Shown here in pieces: positions 35,737 through 44,442 of a DNA stretch of 64,000 bases. Position 1 is the first letter of the stretch, and every line of letters begins with the position of its first letter. The notes beneath the pieces are model-generated. The model made no database searches. It had not been told where the DNA came from and worked only from the letters and a program-made list of their open reading frames with translations. The translations under genes were made by a program, and so were the position numbers. The DNA is from Chloroflexota bacterium (GTDB taxonomy: Bacteria > Chloroflexota > Limnocylindria > QHBO01). The stretch covers positions 25,403 through 89,402 of the forward strand of contig JAILWI010000002.1 of NCBI GenBank assembly GCA_025699005.1, read 5' to 3'.

Positions 35737-37367
35737 GGCGAAGCCTGCCTGGCGGCTGCCGCCCTGGCTGGGCGCGGTCGCTGGGCTGCCGGGGCCGGCT
35801 TCGGCGCCGCCGGCGACTCGATCGGCTCGATGTGCTCGAGACCGCCGCGCGCGCGCTCGTGGAGCCGATAGACCTCCTCCAGTCCGTCGGCCGGGACCGC
35901 CGCCGCGTACACGGCCTTGAACGTGCGGACCACCTCGGGGTCGAACTGCGTTCCGGCGTTGCGCTCGAGCTCGGCGATCGCCTCCTCGTGCGCGAGCGCC
36001 GGGCTGTACGGCCGTTCGTGGACCATGGCGTGGTAGGCATCGGCCACGGCGACGATCCGCGCACCGAGCGGAATCTCGTTGCCCTTCAGGCCGTGCGGAT
36101 AGCCCCCGCCGTTGTAGCGCTCGTGATGGTGGAGGACGACCGGGATCGCCTCGCGCAGGTTCGAGGCCTGCTCGAGGATCACCTGGCCGATCCGCGGGTG
36201 CTCGCCGATCGTCTGCCACTCGGCGTCGGTGAGGCTGGTCGGCTTGTCGAGGATCTCCTCCGGTACGGCGATCTTGCCCAGGTCGTGCAGCAGCGCCGCG
36301 ATGCGGATGCGCTCGATCTCCTCCTGCGGCAGTCCCATCTCGAGGCCGATGCCGGTGGCGAGGGCCGCGATCATGTCCGACGGGCGGCCGCGGTGGTGAG
36401 GCTGTGGCGCGAGGACCGACGCCAGGGCCTGGGTGGCGGTGTCGCTCGCCCACTGGCCGATGGCCGTCGCCTGGGCTCGCCGCTCGTTCGAGATCGGGGC
36501 ACGTCGCACGGGGTTGCCCTCGTCGATCTCGCGGAACAGGTAGGTGCGGTTGCGGCCCAGCGACTTCGCCGCGTACATCGCCGAATCGGCGCGGTCGACC
36601 AGCATGTCCTGCTGGAGCTCCGCCCCGCGGCCGCCGGCGATGCCGATGCTGATCGTGACCTTGAGCGTCCCGTCGTGGGGCAGGCGGAGGGGCTCCTGCT
36701 GAACGAGGCTGCGCAGCTCCTCGGCGAGCCGCACCGCGTCCTCCGGCAGCGTCTCGGGCAGGATGAGCATGAACTCCTCGCCACCGTATCGGCCGAACGT
36801 GTCGTTGACGCGCACGCCGTCAGCCACGAGCCGCGAGACCTGCCGCAGGACCGCGTCGCCGGCGTTGTGGCCGTACGTGTCGTTGACCGGCTTGAAGCGG
36901 TCGATGTCGATGAAGGCGACGCTCAGGGGCTTCGAATGCCGGATCGAGCGCTCGACCTCCGCACCGAGCACGGTGAGCAGCGTCTCCCGGTTCGGGAGGC
37001 CGGTGAGCCGGTCGTGGGTGGCTCGAGCCTCGACCTGGATGAAGGCGCCGCTCGCCGCGTTGAAGGCGCGGGCCAGGCGGCGCTCACCGGGAATGCCGCG
37101 CTCCGGGAGCTGGACCGGCTCGTCGAGCTCGAGCGTTCGCTCGAGGCTCCGCGCGATGCTGTTCAGGCGCCAGCCGAAGTAGCTCCATCCGAGGAGCGCC
37201 ATGACGGTCAGGCCGGTGACGGCGGCCGCGACGGCGACCGTCACGATCTGCCAGCGGGCGTCCGGGGCCTGGCCTGCGGCGGCGATCACGATGACCAGCA
37301 GGCCGGCAACGGCAAATGGCGCCAGGAATCCGAGGAGACGGATGAGCAGCAACATTGCGTGCAGCAT
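35733..37367 (-). CDS. Membrane-anchored diguanylate cyclase (GGDEF, GGEEF with RxxD I-site) fused to an HD-GYP phosphodiesterase domain
   Basis: Two N-terminal TM helices. Also RLTGLPNR...DIDRFKPVNDTYGH..GD, RVNDTFGRYGGEEF, LLHDLGKIAVP and HHHERYNGGGYPHGL. The ATG at 37367 was chosen. Confidence 0.85.
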   Translation of the reverse strand: MLHAMLLLIRLLGFLAPFAVAGLLVIVIAAAGQAPDARWQIVTVAVAAAVTGLTVMALLGWSYFGWRLNSIARSLERTLELDEPVQLPERGIPGERRLARAFNAASGAFIQVEARATHDRLTGLPNRETLLTVLGAEVERSIRHSKPLSVAFIDIDRFKPVNDTYGHNAGDAVLRQVSRLVADGVRVNDTFGRYGGEEFMLILPETLPEDAVRLAEELRSLVQQEPLRLPHDGTLKVTISIGIAGGRGAELQQDMLVDRADSAMYAAKSLGRNRTYLFREIDEGNPVRRAPISNERRAQATAIGQWASDTATQALASVLAPQPHHRGRPSDMIAALATGIGLEMGLPQEEIERIRIAALLHDLGKIAVPEEILDKPTSLTDAEWQTIGEHPRIGQVILEQASNLREAIPVVLHHHERYNGGGYPHGLKGNEIPLGARIVAVADAYHAMVHERPYSPALAHEEAIAELERNAGTQFDPEVVRTFKAVYAAAVPADGLEEVYRLHERARGGLEHIEPIESPAAPKPAPAAQRPRPARAAAARQASP

Positions 37368-37575
37368 GGCGTGACGGGTCCCGTCCGACCATGGGTCGAT
37401 GGTCCCGCGGTCCGGATCGGCACTCGGGCCGTTGCGCGCGAAATCGCCGAAGTGCGGATTGGTGCAGTACGACCCCGGTACCGTTGGCGCATCGCCGTCG
37501 CGGGGCCGCGCCGGAGCCTCCACGCCGCTATCATGACCCCGTGCCCGGCCAGCACCGATCCCTCTGAACAGCAGC

Positions 37576-39060
37576 GTGCGCGCGCCGATCCGCCTGCCGC
37601 ACGCGTCGGGTGAGGCGCTACCCATCTACGATCCCCACGGCCCGCGCGAGGAGTGCGGCGTGGTGGGGGTCTGGTCGCCGGGCGCCCCCGTCGCACGCCT
37701 GGCGTTCGTCGGCCTCCACGCCCTCCAGCACCGGGGCCAGGAGTCGGCGGGGATCGCCATCACCGACGGTCGCGAGCTGACCCTCCACAAGCGGCTCGGG
37801 CTGGTGAGCAGTGTCTTCGACGAGGAGACGCTCGTGCGCCTCGAGGAGTCCGCGGCGGACGGGCAGGCGCCGCGCGGCGCCATCGGCCACACCCGGTACA
37901 GCACGACCGGCTCGAACACGCTGCCGAACGTCCAGCCGGTCTACGCCCATGCCGACATCGGCGAGCTCATGCTCGGGCACAACGGCAATCTCACGAACGC
38001 CAGCTGGCTGCGGGACGAGCTGACCGAGCAGGGGATCGAGTTCGGCTCGGCATCGGACACGGAGGTACTCGCCCGCCTCATCGCCCACGCCCCGGGCCGG
38101 ACCTGGGCCGCGCGGGTCGATCATGCCTTCCATCGCGCGGTCGGCGCATTCACGTTCACGATGCTCACCGATACGGCCCTCGTGGCCGCCCGCGATCCGG
38201 TCGGCTTCCGTCCGCTCTGCCTCGGACGGCTTCCGGGAGGGGGATGGGCCGTCGCCTCCGAGAGCTCCGCGCTCGACGCCATGGGGGCGCAGTTCGTGCG
38301 CGACATCGACGCCGGCGAGGTCGTGACCATCGGCGATGACGGGGTGCAGTCGCATCACTCCTCGCGCGCCACGCCGTCGCGCGAGCGACTCTGCGTGTTC
38401 GAGTTCGTCTACCTCGCCCGGCCCGACTCCGTGATCGACGGGCGCCTCCTGTACGAGGCGCGCCTCGAGATGGGCCGGCGCCTGGCACGCGAGCATCCCG
38501 CCGACGCCGATCTCGTGATCGCCGTACCCGACTCGGCCGTGCCGGCCGCCATCGGCTACGCGGAGGAGTCCGGCCTGCCGTATCGCGAGGGCCTCATCAA
38601 GTCGCGGTACATCGCGCGGACGTTCATCCAGCCCGCGCAGCGCAGCCGGGACGAGGCGGTTCGCATGAAGTTCAACCCGCTCCCCGAGCTCCTCTCCGAC
38701 AAGCGGGTGGTCGTGGTCGACGACTCGATCGTGCGCGGGACGACGACGGGGCCGATCGTCGAGATGCTGCGCCGTGCCGGCGCGCGCGAGGTCCACGTTC
38801 GCATCCACTCGCCGCAGATGCGGCACCCCTGCTACATGGGCGTCGACACCGGCCGCCGCGACGAGCTCATCGCGGCGACGCACTCGCTCGAGGGGATCCG
38901 GGCGGCGATCGGCGCCGACACGCTGGGCTACCTGTCGCAGGAGGCGCTGCTCGAGGCCGTCGGCGGACGCCGGGAGGCGCGTTGCACGGCCTGCTTCGAC
39001 GGCGTCTATCCGACCGACGTGCCGATGGAGCTCGACAAGCTGGCGCTCGAGGGCCGCTGA
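37576..39060 (+). CDS. purF: Amidophosphoribosyltransferase
   Basis: A propeptide precedes CGVVGVW...LQHRGQESAGI. PRTase motif VVVVDDSIVRGTT. The GTG start has no SD, so the start is uncertain. Confidence 0.9.
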   Translation: MRAPIRLPHASGEALPIYDPHGPREECGVVGVWSPGAPVARLAFVGLHALQHRGQESAGIAITDGRELTLHKRLGLVSSVFDEETLVRLEESAADGQAPRGAIGHTRYSTTGSNTLPNVQPVYAHADIGELMLGHNGNLTNASWLRDELTEQGIEFGSASDTEVLARLIAHAPGRTWAARVDHAFHRAVGAFTFTMLTDTALVAARDPVGFRPLCLGRLPGGGWAVASESSALDAMGAQFVRDIDAGEVVTIGDDGVQSHHSSRATPSRERLCVFEFVYLARPDSVIDGRLLYEARLEMGRRLAREHPADADLVIAVPDSAVPAAIGYAEESGLPYREGLIKSRYIARTFIQPAQRSRDEAVRMKFNPLPELLSDKRVVVVDDSIVRGTTTGPIVEMLRRAGAREVHVRIHSPQMRHPCYMGVDTGRRDELIAATHSLEGIRAAIGADTLGYLSQEALLEAVGGRREARCTACFDGVYPTDVPMELDKLALEGR

Positions 39061-39062
39061 GC

Positions 39063-40094
39063 GTGGCGAGGACGTATCGCGAGTCGGGCGTCGACGTCGC
39101 CGAGGCGGAGCGGGCGGTGGAGCGCATCGCGGCGGCCGCTGCCACGACGCTGACGCCGGCGGTTCTGGGCGGGATCGGCGGCTTCGGAGCGCTCTTCCGC
39201 TTCGACCCGGCCCTCCACCCCGATCCGATCCTCGTGAGCAGCACCGATGGCGTGGGCACGAAGCTCAAGGTGGCGATCGGCCTCGGACGGCACGACACGA
39301 TCGGCGTCGACCTCGTGAACGCCTGTGTCAACGACGTCGCGGTCAGCGGCGCGACGCCGCTCTTCTTCCTCGACTACCTGGCCATCGGAGACCTGCGTGC
39401 CGACGTCGTCGACGAGATCGTGGGCGGGGTGGCCGCCGGCTGCGCCGCCGTCGGGATCCCGCTCGTCGGAGGCGAGACCGCCCAGATGCCGGACCTGTAT
39501 CGCGGCGCCGACTACGACCTCGCCGGCTTCGTGGTCGGCGTGGTCGCCCGCGAGGACCTCATCGACGGCACACGGGTGGTCGCCGGAGATGCCGTCATCG
39601 GCCTGCCGTCGACCGGTCTCCACACGAACGGATACAGCCTTGCCCGGCGCGTGCTGCCCGAGGACACCTGGTCGCGGACGATGCCCGATGGAGCGGGCAC
39701 GATCGGCGACGCGCTGCTGGAGCCGCATCGGTCGTACCTCGACGATGTCCGGGCCCTGCGTCGCGCGCTCCGCGAGGGGGGCGGTGACATCGGGGCGCTG
39801 GCGCACATCACCGGCGGCGGCTGGGAGGGAAACCTGCCGCGGACGCTGCCCGCGGGACTCGGGGTCGAGGTCGACACCGGCTCGTGGACGATCCCGCCGA
39901 TCTTCACGCTCATCCAGTCGCGCGGCGACATCGCCGACGAGGAGATGGTCCGCACGTTCAACGTCGGGATCGGGATGACGGCGGTCGTGCCGGTGGCCCA
40001 CCTGGCCGCCGCGCTCGCCGCCGTGCCCGAGGCGCGCCCCGTCGGCCGCGTCGTGCCGATCCCCGAGGGTGAGCCGCGCGTCCGCTTCGCATGA
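39063..40094 (+). CDS. purM: Phosphoribosylformylglycinamidine cyclo-ligase (AIR synthase)
   Basis: YRESGVDV...GGFGALF...LVSSTDGVGTKLKVA...DYLA. The GTG lies 2 nt after the purF stop. Confidence 0.95.
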   Translation: MARTYRESGVDVAEAERAVERIAAAAATTLTPAVLGGIGGFGALFRFDPALHPDPILVSSTDGVGTKLKVAIGLGRHDTIGVDLVNACVNDVAVSGATPLFFLDYLAIGDLRADVVDEIVGGVAAGCAAVGIPLVGGETAQMPDLYRGADYDLAGFVVGVVAREDLIDGTRVVAGDAVIGLPSTGLHTNGYSLARRVLPEDTWSRTMPDGAGTIGDALLEPHRSYLDDVRALRRALREGGGDIGALAHITGGGWEGNLPRTLPAGLGVEVDTGSWTIPPIFTLIQSRGDIADEEMVRTFNVGIGMTAVVPVAHLAAALAAVPEARPVGRVVPIPEGEPRVRFA

Positions 40095-40666
40095 GGCTCG
40101 GGGTCCTCGTCTCCGGACGAGGGTCGAACCTCGCCGCTGTGCTCGAGGCCCGCATTCCCGGCATCGAGCCGGTGCTCGTGGTCAGCAACCGGCCGGGCGT
40201 CCCGGCGCTCGAGGTTGCCGCCCGCCACGACGTGCCGGCGATCGTGCTTCGACGGGCCGATCATGCCGATGCCGGGGCGCGCGACCGCGCGATCGGCGAG
40301 GCGCTGACGTCGGCGCGGGTCGACGTCGCCCTGCTCGCCGGCTACGACCAGGTGCTGCGCGACGGCTACTTCGACGCCTTCGCGGGTCGCACGATCAACA
40401 TCCACCCCAGCCTCCTGCCGGCCCACGGGGGCGCCGGCATGGTCGGCCTCGCCGTCCACCGATCGGTGCTGGAGGCGGGCGATCCGGAGACCGGGGTCAC
40501 GATCCACGAGGTGACCCGCGACCTCGACGGGGGGCCCGTCCTGGCACAGGCGCGGGTGACGGTCGAGGCGGGGGACGACCCAGGATCGCTCGCGGCCCGG
40601 GTTCTGCGCGAGGAGCATCGGCTGCTCGTGGAGACGCTGCGTGAGCTTGCCGCGACGCGATCCTGA
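40091..40666 (+). CDS. purN: Phosphoribosylglycinamide formyltransferase
   Basis: LGVLVSGRGSNL...LAGYDQVL...INIHPSLLPAHGG. It has an ATGA overlap with purM. Confidence 0.9.
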   Translation: MRLGVLVSGRGSNLAAVLEARIPGIEPVLVVSNRPGVPALEVAARHDVPAIVLRRADHADAGARDRAIGEALTSARVDVALLAGYDQVLRDGYFDAFAGRTINIHPSLLPAHGGAGMVGLAVHRSVLEAGDPETGVTIHEVTRDLDGGPVLAQARVTVEAGDDPGSLAARVLREEHRLLVETLRELAATRS

Positions 40667-40776
40667 GCCATTCGATCGCTGGCCGCTGGAGCGTGGACAG
40701 GCACGATGCGTGCTAGCATGACCGGCGGCGCTCCGAGTGGTGCGCACCCCACGCAGGAGAGGCCAGACACGGACTG

Positions 40777-41382
40777 ATGGACGCGATTCTCGAACCGATC
40801 GGGCAGTTCTGGGAAGGATTCCTGAGCAACCCGGTCGTCCAGCTGGCGAGCCAGCTGATCGTGATCTACGTGGTCCTGCTGTGGCTCGGGACGGCGTACT
40901 GGGCCTTCCGCGACATGCAGGCGCGGACCGAGAACCCGATCCTCCCGTACTTCTCCGCCGCCCTCATCATCTTCTTCACGCCGCTGCTCTTCATCTTCGC
41001 CGTGGTGCTCTACCTCATCGTCCGCCCCCGCGAGACGCTGGCCGAGGTCTACGAGCGCTCGCTGGCCGAGGAGAGCCTGCTGGCCGAGGTCGAGAAGAAC
41101 GAGCTGTGCCCGGTCTGCCGCGACCGCGTCGATTCGGAGTGGCTCGTCTGCCCGAACTGCCGCACCCGCCTCAACCGCGTCTGCCCGTCCTGCAACCGCC
41201 TCGCCGATCCGACCTGGCCGCTCTGCGCGTTCTGCGGCACCGACTTCGGCCGTGAGGGTGGTGGGCGGCAGCGGCGCGCCCCGGTCGCCGCGTCGAGCAG
41301 CGCCGATCGCGAGGCCGATGCCGAGTCGACGTCCGACGTGACCGCCGAACACGGCAGGCTTCGCGGGGCGACGAACACCTGA
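40777..41382 (+). CDS. Membrane protein (2 TM) with C-terminal double zinc ribbon
   Basis: The N-terminal hydrophobic helices are followed by CPVCRDRV...CPNCRTRL..VCPSCNRL...CAFCG. RBS CAGGAGAGG lies upstream. Confidence 0.6.
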   Translation: MDAILEPIGQFWEGFLSNPVVQLASQLIVIYVVLLWLGTAYWAFRDMQARTENPILPYFSAALIIFFTPLLFIFAVVLYLIVRPRETLAEVYERSLAEESLLAEVEKNELCPVCRDRVDSEWLVCPNCRTRLNRVCPSCNRLADPTWPLCAFCGTDFGREGGGRQRRAPVAASSSADREADAESTSDVTAEHGRLRGATNT

Positions 41383-41441
41383 CGACCGACCCCGGACTGC
41401 CCCGCGGTCCGCATCCGACAGCCGGCCCCGGGTCCGTCTCG

Positions 41442-42374
41442 ATGCCCGTGTGGCCGGGTCCCGTGCTTGCCGTCGCCGGCGCGCTGATCGCGTTCGTGGC
41501 GCTGGGCGCCGGCGCGGTGGCCGCCAGCGGTCGCTACGACCTGGGCGATCCCGTCCTCTACCTCTGGCTCTCGCTGGTCGGCGCTGCGCTCTTCGTGGCC
41601 GGACTCGTCTACGCGTCGGTCCGGCAGCTGCGCGTGCGCCGGCACCTGCCACCGGAGCGCTATCGGGGACCGTCCGTCGTGCTCCTCGTGCTCCTCGTCC
41701 TGGTCGGTGCGACGCTCCTCATCGCGCCATTCACCGCCGACGCCGCAGTCCTGGAGACCGGCGTCGGCGAGCTGTCGCTGTTCGGCGGGTTCGTCGTCCT
41801 GGTCGCCACGCAGGTGGCGCTGCTGGCGGTGAGCTGGTTCGGTGTCTTCGCGCCCGGTGCCCTGAGCGGCTTGCCGTCGCTCCCCGGTCGCGCGCCGGGT
41901 CGAGCGCTCCTGACGGGCGCGGGCTGGGGGATCGTGGCTTGGCTCGTCTCGTCGCTGGTCGCCGCCGCCGTGGTCTGGGCCCTCGAACGCGCGGGGGTGT
42001 CGGTCCCGGTCCAGACCGCCGAGCGCGCCCTCGAGCTGGTCGAGCCTTGGCTCGTGGTCTTCGCCTTCGTCCTGCTCGCCCCGATCGCCGAGGAGCTCTT
42101 CTTCCGCGGCGTTGTGTTCAACGCATGGCTTCGCGAGCGCGGCCGGACCTGGGCCTACGTCGGATCGGCGCTCCTGTTCGCCGTCATCCATCTGTCGGTG
42201 GTGACGGTCCTGCCGATCTTCCTGCTCGGGCTTGGCCTAGCCTGGGTGTACCGGCGGACCGGCAGCCTCCTGGCGCCGATGGCGATGCACGCCACCGTCA
42301 ACGGGATCTCGGTCGCGATCTCGCTCCTCGTCCGCTTCGACGTCATCATGCCGCCCGCCGTGGCGGGCTGGTAA
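41442..42374 (+). CDS. CPBP (CAAX/Abi) family intramembrane glutamic endopeptidase
   Basis: Multi-TM protein with APIAEELFFRGVVF, FAVIHL and MHATVNG motifs. Confidence 0.75.
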   Translation: MPVWPGPVLAVAGALIAFVALGAGAVAASGRYDLGDPVLYLWLSLVGAALFVAGLVYASVRQLRVRRHLPPERYRGPSVVLLVLLVLVGATLLIAPFTADAAVLETGVGELSLFGGFVVLVATQVALLAVSWFGVFAPGALSGLPSLPGRAPGRALLTGAGWGIVAWLVSSLVAAAVVWALERAGVSVPVQTAERALELVEPWLVVFAFVLLAPIAEELFFRGVVFNAWLRERGRTWAYVGSALLFAVIHLSVVTVLPIFLLGLGLAWVYRRTGSLLAPMAMHATVNGISVAISLLVRFDVIMPPAVAGW

Positions 42375-42412
42375 GGCCCGGATAACCGCCGCGTCATCGG
42401 CCGGCGGCTAGC

Positions 42413-43162
42413 GTGCCGCCGATGACTCACGATCCACTCGACGGGCCCATCCCCTTCCTCCCCGCCGGTCGGCGACCGCCGGTCGACCGTCTCGAGCGCC
42501 ACGGGCCCGAGGCACTGGGCGAGCAGGATCTCCTTGCCGCCGTGCTCGGCGACCGGTCGCCACGGGGCCGCCTCGCGCGCCGCCTGGTCGACCGCTTCGG
42601 GTCGGTGCCGGCCGTGGTGCGCGCGCATCCGGCCGAGCTGCGGGTCGCCGGCCTGTCAGCCGTGGCGGCGTCGCGACTGGGGGCGTGCGCCGAGCTCGGG
42701 CGGCGCGTGGCGCGTGCCTGGCCCGCCGAGCCATGGACGATTCGCACCCCGACCGACGTGGCCGAGCCCCTCGTCGACGCCATGGGCTCGCTCGAACGCG
42801 AGGAGCTGCGCGTCCTCCTGCTCGACACGAAGAACGTGGTCGCCGCAGAGCGGACCGTGTATCGCGGCAACCTGGCCGGCTCCTCGGTGAGGGTCGGCGA
42901 GGTCTTTCACGAGGCGGTGCGCTCCTGCGCCGCTGCCATCATCGTCGCCCACAACCACCCCTCGGGCGATCCGGCGCCATCGGGCGAGGACCTGCGGATC
43001 ACCGGCGAGCTTGCTGAGGCCGGCCGGGTGCTCGACATCGAGCTGCTCGACCACCTGATCATCGGCCGCGGACGATGGATCTCGCTCCGTGCGCTCGGGG
43101 CGCTGGCTCAGCCCTCGCGCACGATCCGTGCGATCGAGCCCGCTCCGAGGTCCGCCACGTAG
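42413..43162 (+). CDS. radC: RadC-like JAB/MPN domain protein
   Basis: DLLAAVLG...RL..RFGS...; JAMM-like block AAIIVAHNHPSGDPAPSGEDLRIT...LDIELLDHLIIG. Its 3' end overlaps the convergent dehydrogenase gene by 55 nt. Confidence 0.8.
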   Translation: MPPMTHDPLDGPIPFLPAGRRPPVDRLERHGPEALGEQDLLAAVLGDRSPRGRLARRLVDRFGSVPAVVRAHPAELRVAGLSAVAASRLGACAELGRRVARAWPAEPWTIRTPTDVAEPLVDAMGSLEREELRVLLLDTKNVVAAERTVYRGNLAGSSVRVGEVFHEAVRSCAAAIIVAHNHPSGDPAPSGEDLRITGELAEAGRVLDIELLDHLIIGRGRWISLRALGALAQPSRTIRAIEPAPRSAT

Positions 43163-44373
43163 AGCTCGCCCGCATCATCGACGCCGAAGGCGCTGATCCT
43201 GGCCCCCGTTTCGGCGAGCACCAGGGGAGTCGCCACCTCGCCGTCGGGCGCATCGGCTCGGACACCGAACAGGAGGCCGCTGCAGTAGTCACCCATGAGG
43301 TACCAGCCGCGCAACTCGCCGATCGCCTCGCCGCGATAGACGTGCCCGCCGGTCACCGAGCAGCCGGACTCGCGTCCGTACTCGGCGATCGGCAGCACGA
43401 GCCCGTCGGTCGAGCAATCGGACTGCGCGAAGCAGTGAGCGCCCTCCATGACGTTCCATCCCAGGTTCGCGCCGGCCATCGCCGGGTCGATCCGGGTGAC
43501 CTCCTCCCACGCGCTCTGTCCGACGTCCGCCACCCACAGCCTGCCGGTCGCGGAATCGAAGCTGAAGCGCCACGGGTTGCGGAGCCCGTACAGGTAGACC
43601 TCCGGCGCTCCGCCGTTCCCGTCCGCGAAGGGGTTGTCCGGCGGGATCGCCGACGTCCCCGGCGTCGAGACGTCGAGCCGGAGCAGGCTGCCCAGGAGGG
43701 TCGCCGGGCTCTGCCCGTTGCCGAGCGGGTCGCCCCCATCCCCGCCGTCCCCGAACGCCATCCACAGGTAGCCGTCCGGCCCGAAGGCGAGCTGCCCGCC
43801 ATTGTGGTTGCCGAAGGGCTGATCGGCGGTGAGCAGCACCGCCTCGGATGCGGGGTCGAGCGTAGGGGCCGCGTCGCCATCCTGCGACCCGCCGAAATCC
43901 GACAGGACGGTGTCGCCGCTGCGGTCGCTGTAGTGGACGAAGCCCCGGGCGTCATTCGGCCAGTCGGGATGGAGCACCAGCCCCAGCAGCCCTCGCTCGC
44001 CACCGGCGCCGACCCGATCGCGGATGTCGAGGACGGTCGTCGTCTCGCCGCTGTCGGGGTCCACGGCGACGGCGCGGCCGGCCTGCTCGTTCACGATGAG
44101 CCAGCCGCCCGGCGCGCGCGCGATCCCGATCGGCGCCTCGAGGCCGGTGGCCACGACCTCGAGCGCCAGCGGCGGCGGCGTCTCCGAGCCCGGCTCGTCG
44201 GTGGCGGGTGTCGATGGCTCGGGCGCGCTCGGCGTCGAGACATCCGACGGCTCCGGCGTCGTCGTGGCACCCGACGGGCCGGGGGATACCGACGGCGTCG
44301 GCTCGTCCGCCGTGCAGGCGGCGAGGGTGATGGCGACGGCGGCGAGCAGCGGGGCGAAGCGAGCGATGCGCAT
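43108..44373 (-). CDS. PQQ-dependent sugar (glucose/sorbosone) dehydrogenase-like lipoprotein
   Basis: Lipobox LAAC and a Pro/Thr/Ser linker. Also GLLGLVLHPDW, FGNHNGGQLAFGPDGYLW..FGDGG, YLYGLRNPWRFSFD and LWVADVGQ..WEEV. The ATG at 44373 was chosen. Confidence 0.8.
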   Translation of the reverse strand: MRIARFAPLLAAVAITLAACTADEPTPSVSPGPSGATTTPEPSDVSTPSAPEPSTPATDEPGSETPPPLALEVVATGLEAPIGIARAPGGWLIVNEQAGRAVAVDPDSGETTTVLDIRDRVGAGGERGLLGLVLHPDWPNDARGFVHYSDRSGDTVLSDFGGSQDGDAAPTLDPASEAVLLTADQPFGNHNGGQLAFGPDGYLWMAFGDGGDGGDPLGNGQSPATLLGSLLRLDVSTPGTSAIPPDNPFADGNGGAPEVYLYGLRNPWRFSFDSATGRLWVADVGQSAWEEVTRIDPAMAGANLGWNVMEGAHCFAQSDCSTDGLVLPIAEYGRESGCSVTGGHVYRGEAIGELRGWYLMGDYCSGLLFGVRADAPDGEVATPLVLAETGARISAFGVDDAGELYVADLGAGSIARIVREG

Positions 44374-44442
44374 GCGCGGATTGTCCCCGACTCCGCCGCG
44401 GCCTGCCGAGCGTGGACCGATCGGGTAGGGTTTTCCGTACCC

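Noticed and set aside
35737-36453. The upstream 239 codons of the 345-aa minus-strand ORF 35416-36453.
   Set aside because: It overlaps the HD-GYP domain coding region in another frame. Only the last 106 codons, after the ATGA junction with the GGDEF/HD-GYP stop, are free of overlap and look protein-like (one TM helix).
43075-44442. The 5' 456 codons of the 1153-aa ORF that ends as GlgE.
   Set aside because: This part is antisense to the PQQ sugar dehydrogenase and shows no GlgE homology. GlgE homology begins at the ATG at 44443 (MTTTKT...[11 protein letters not shown]).
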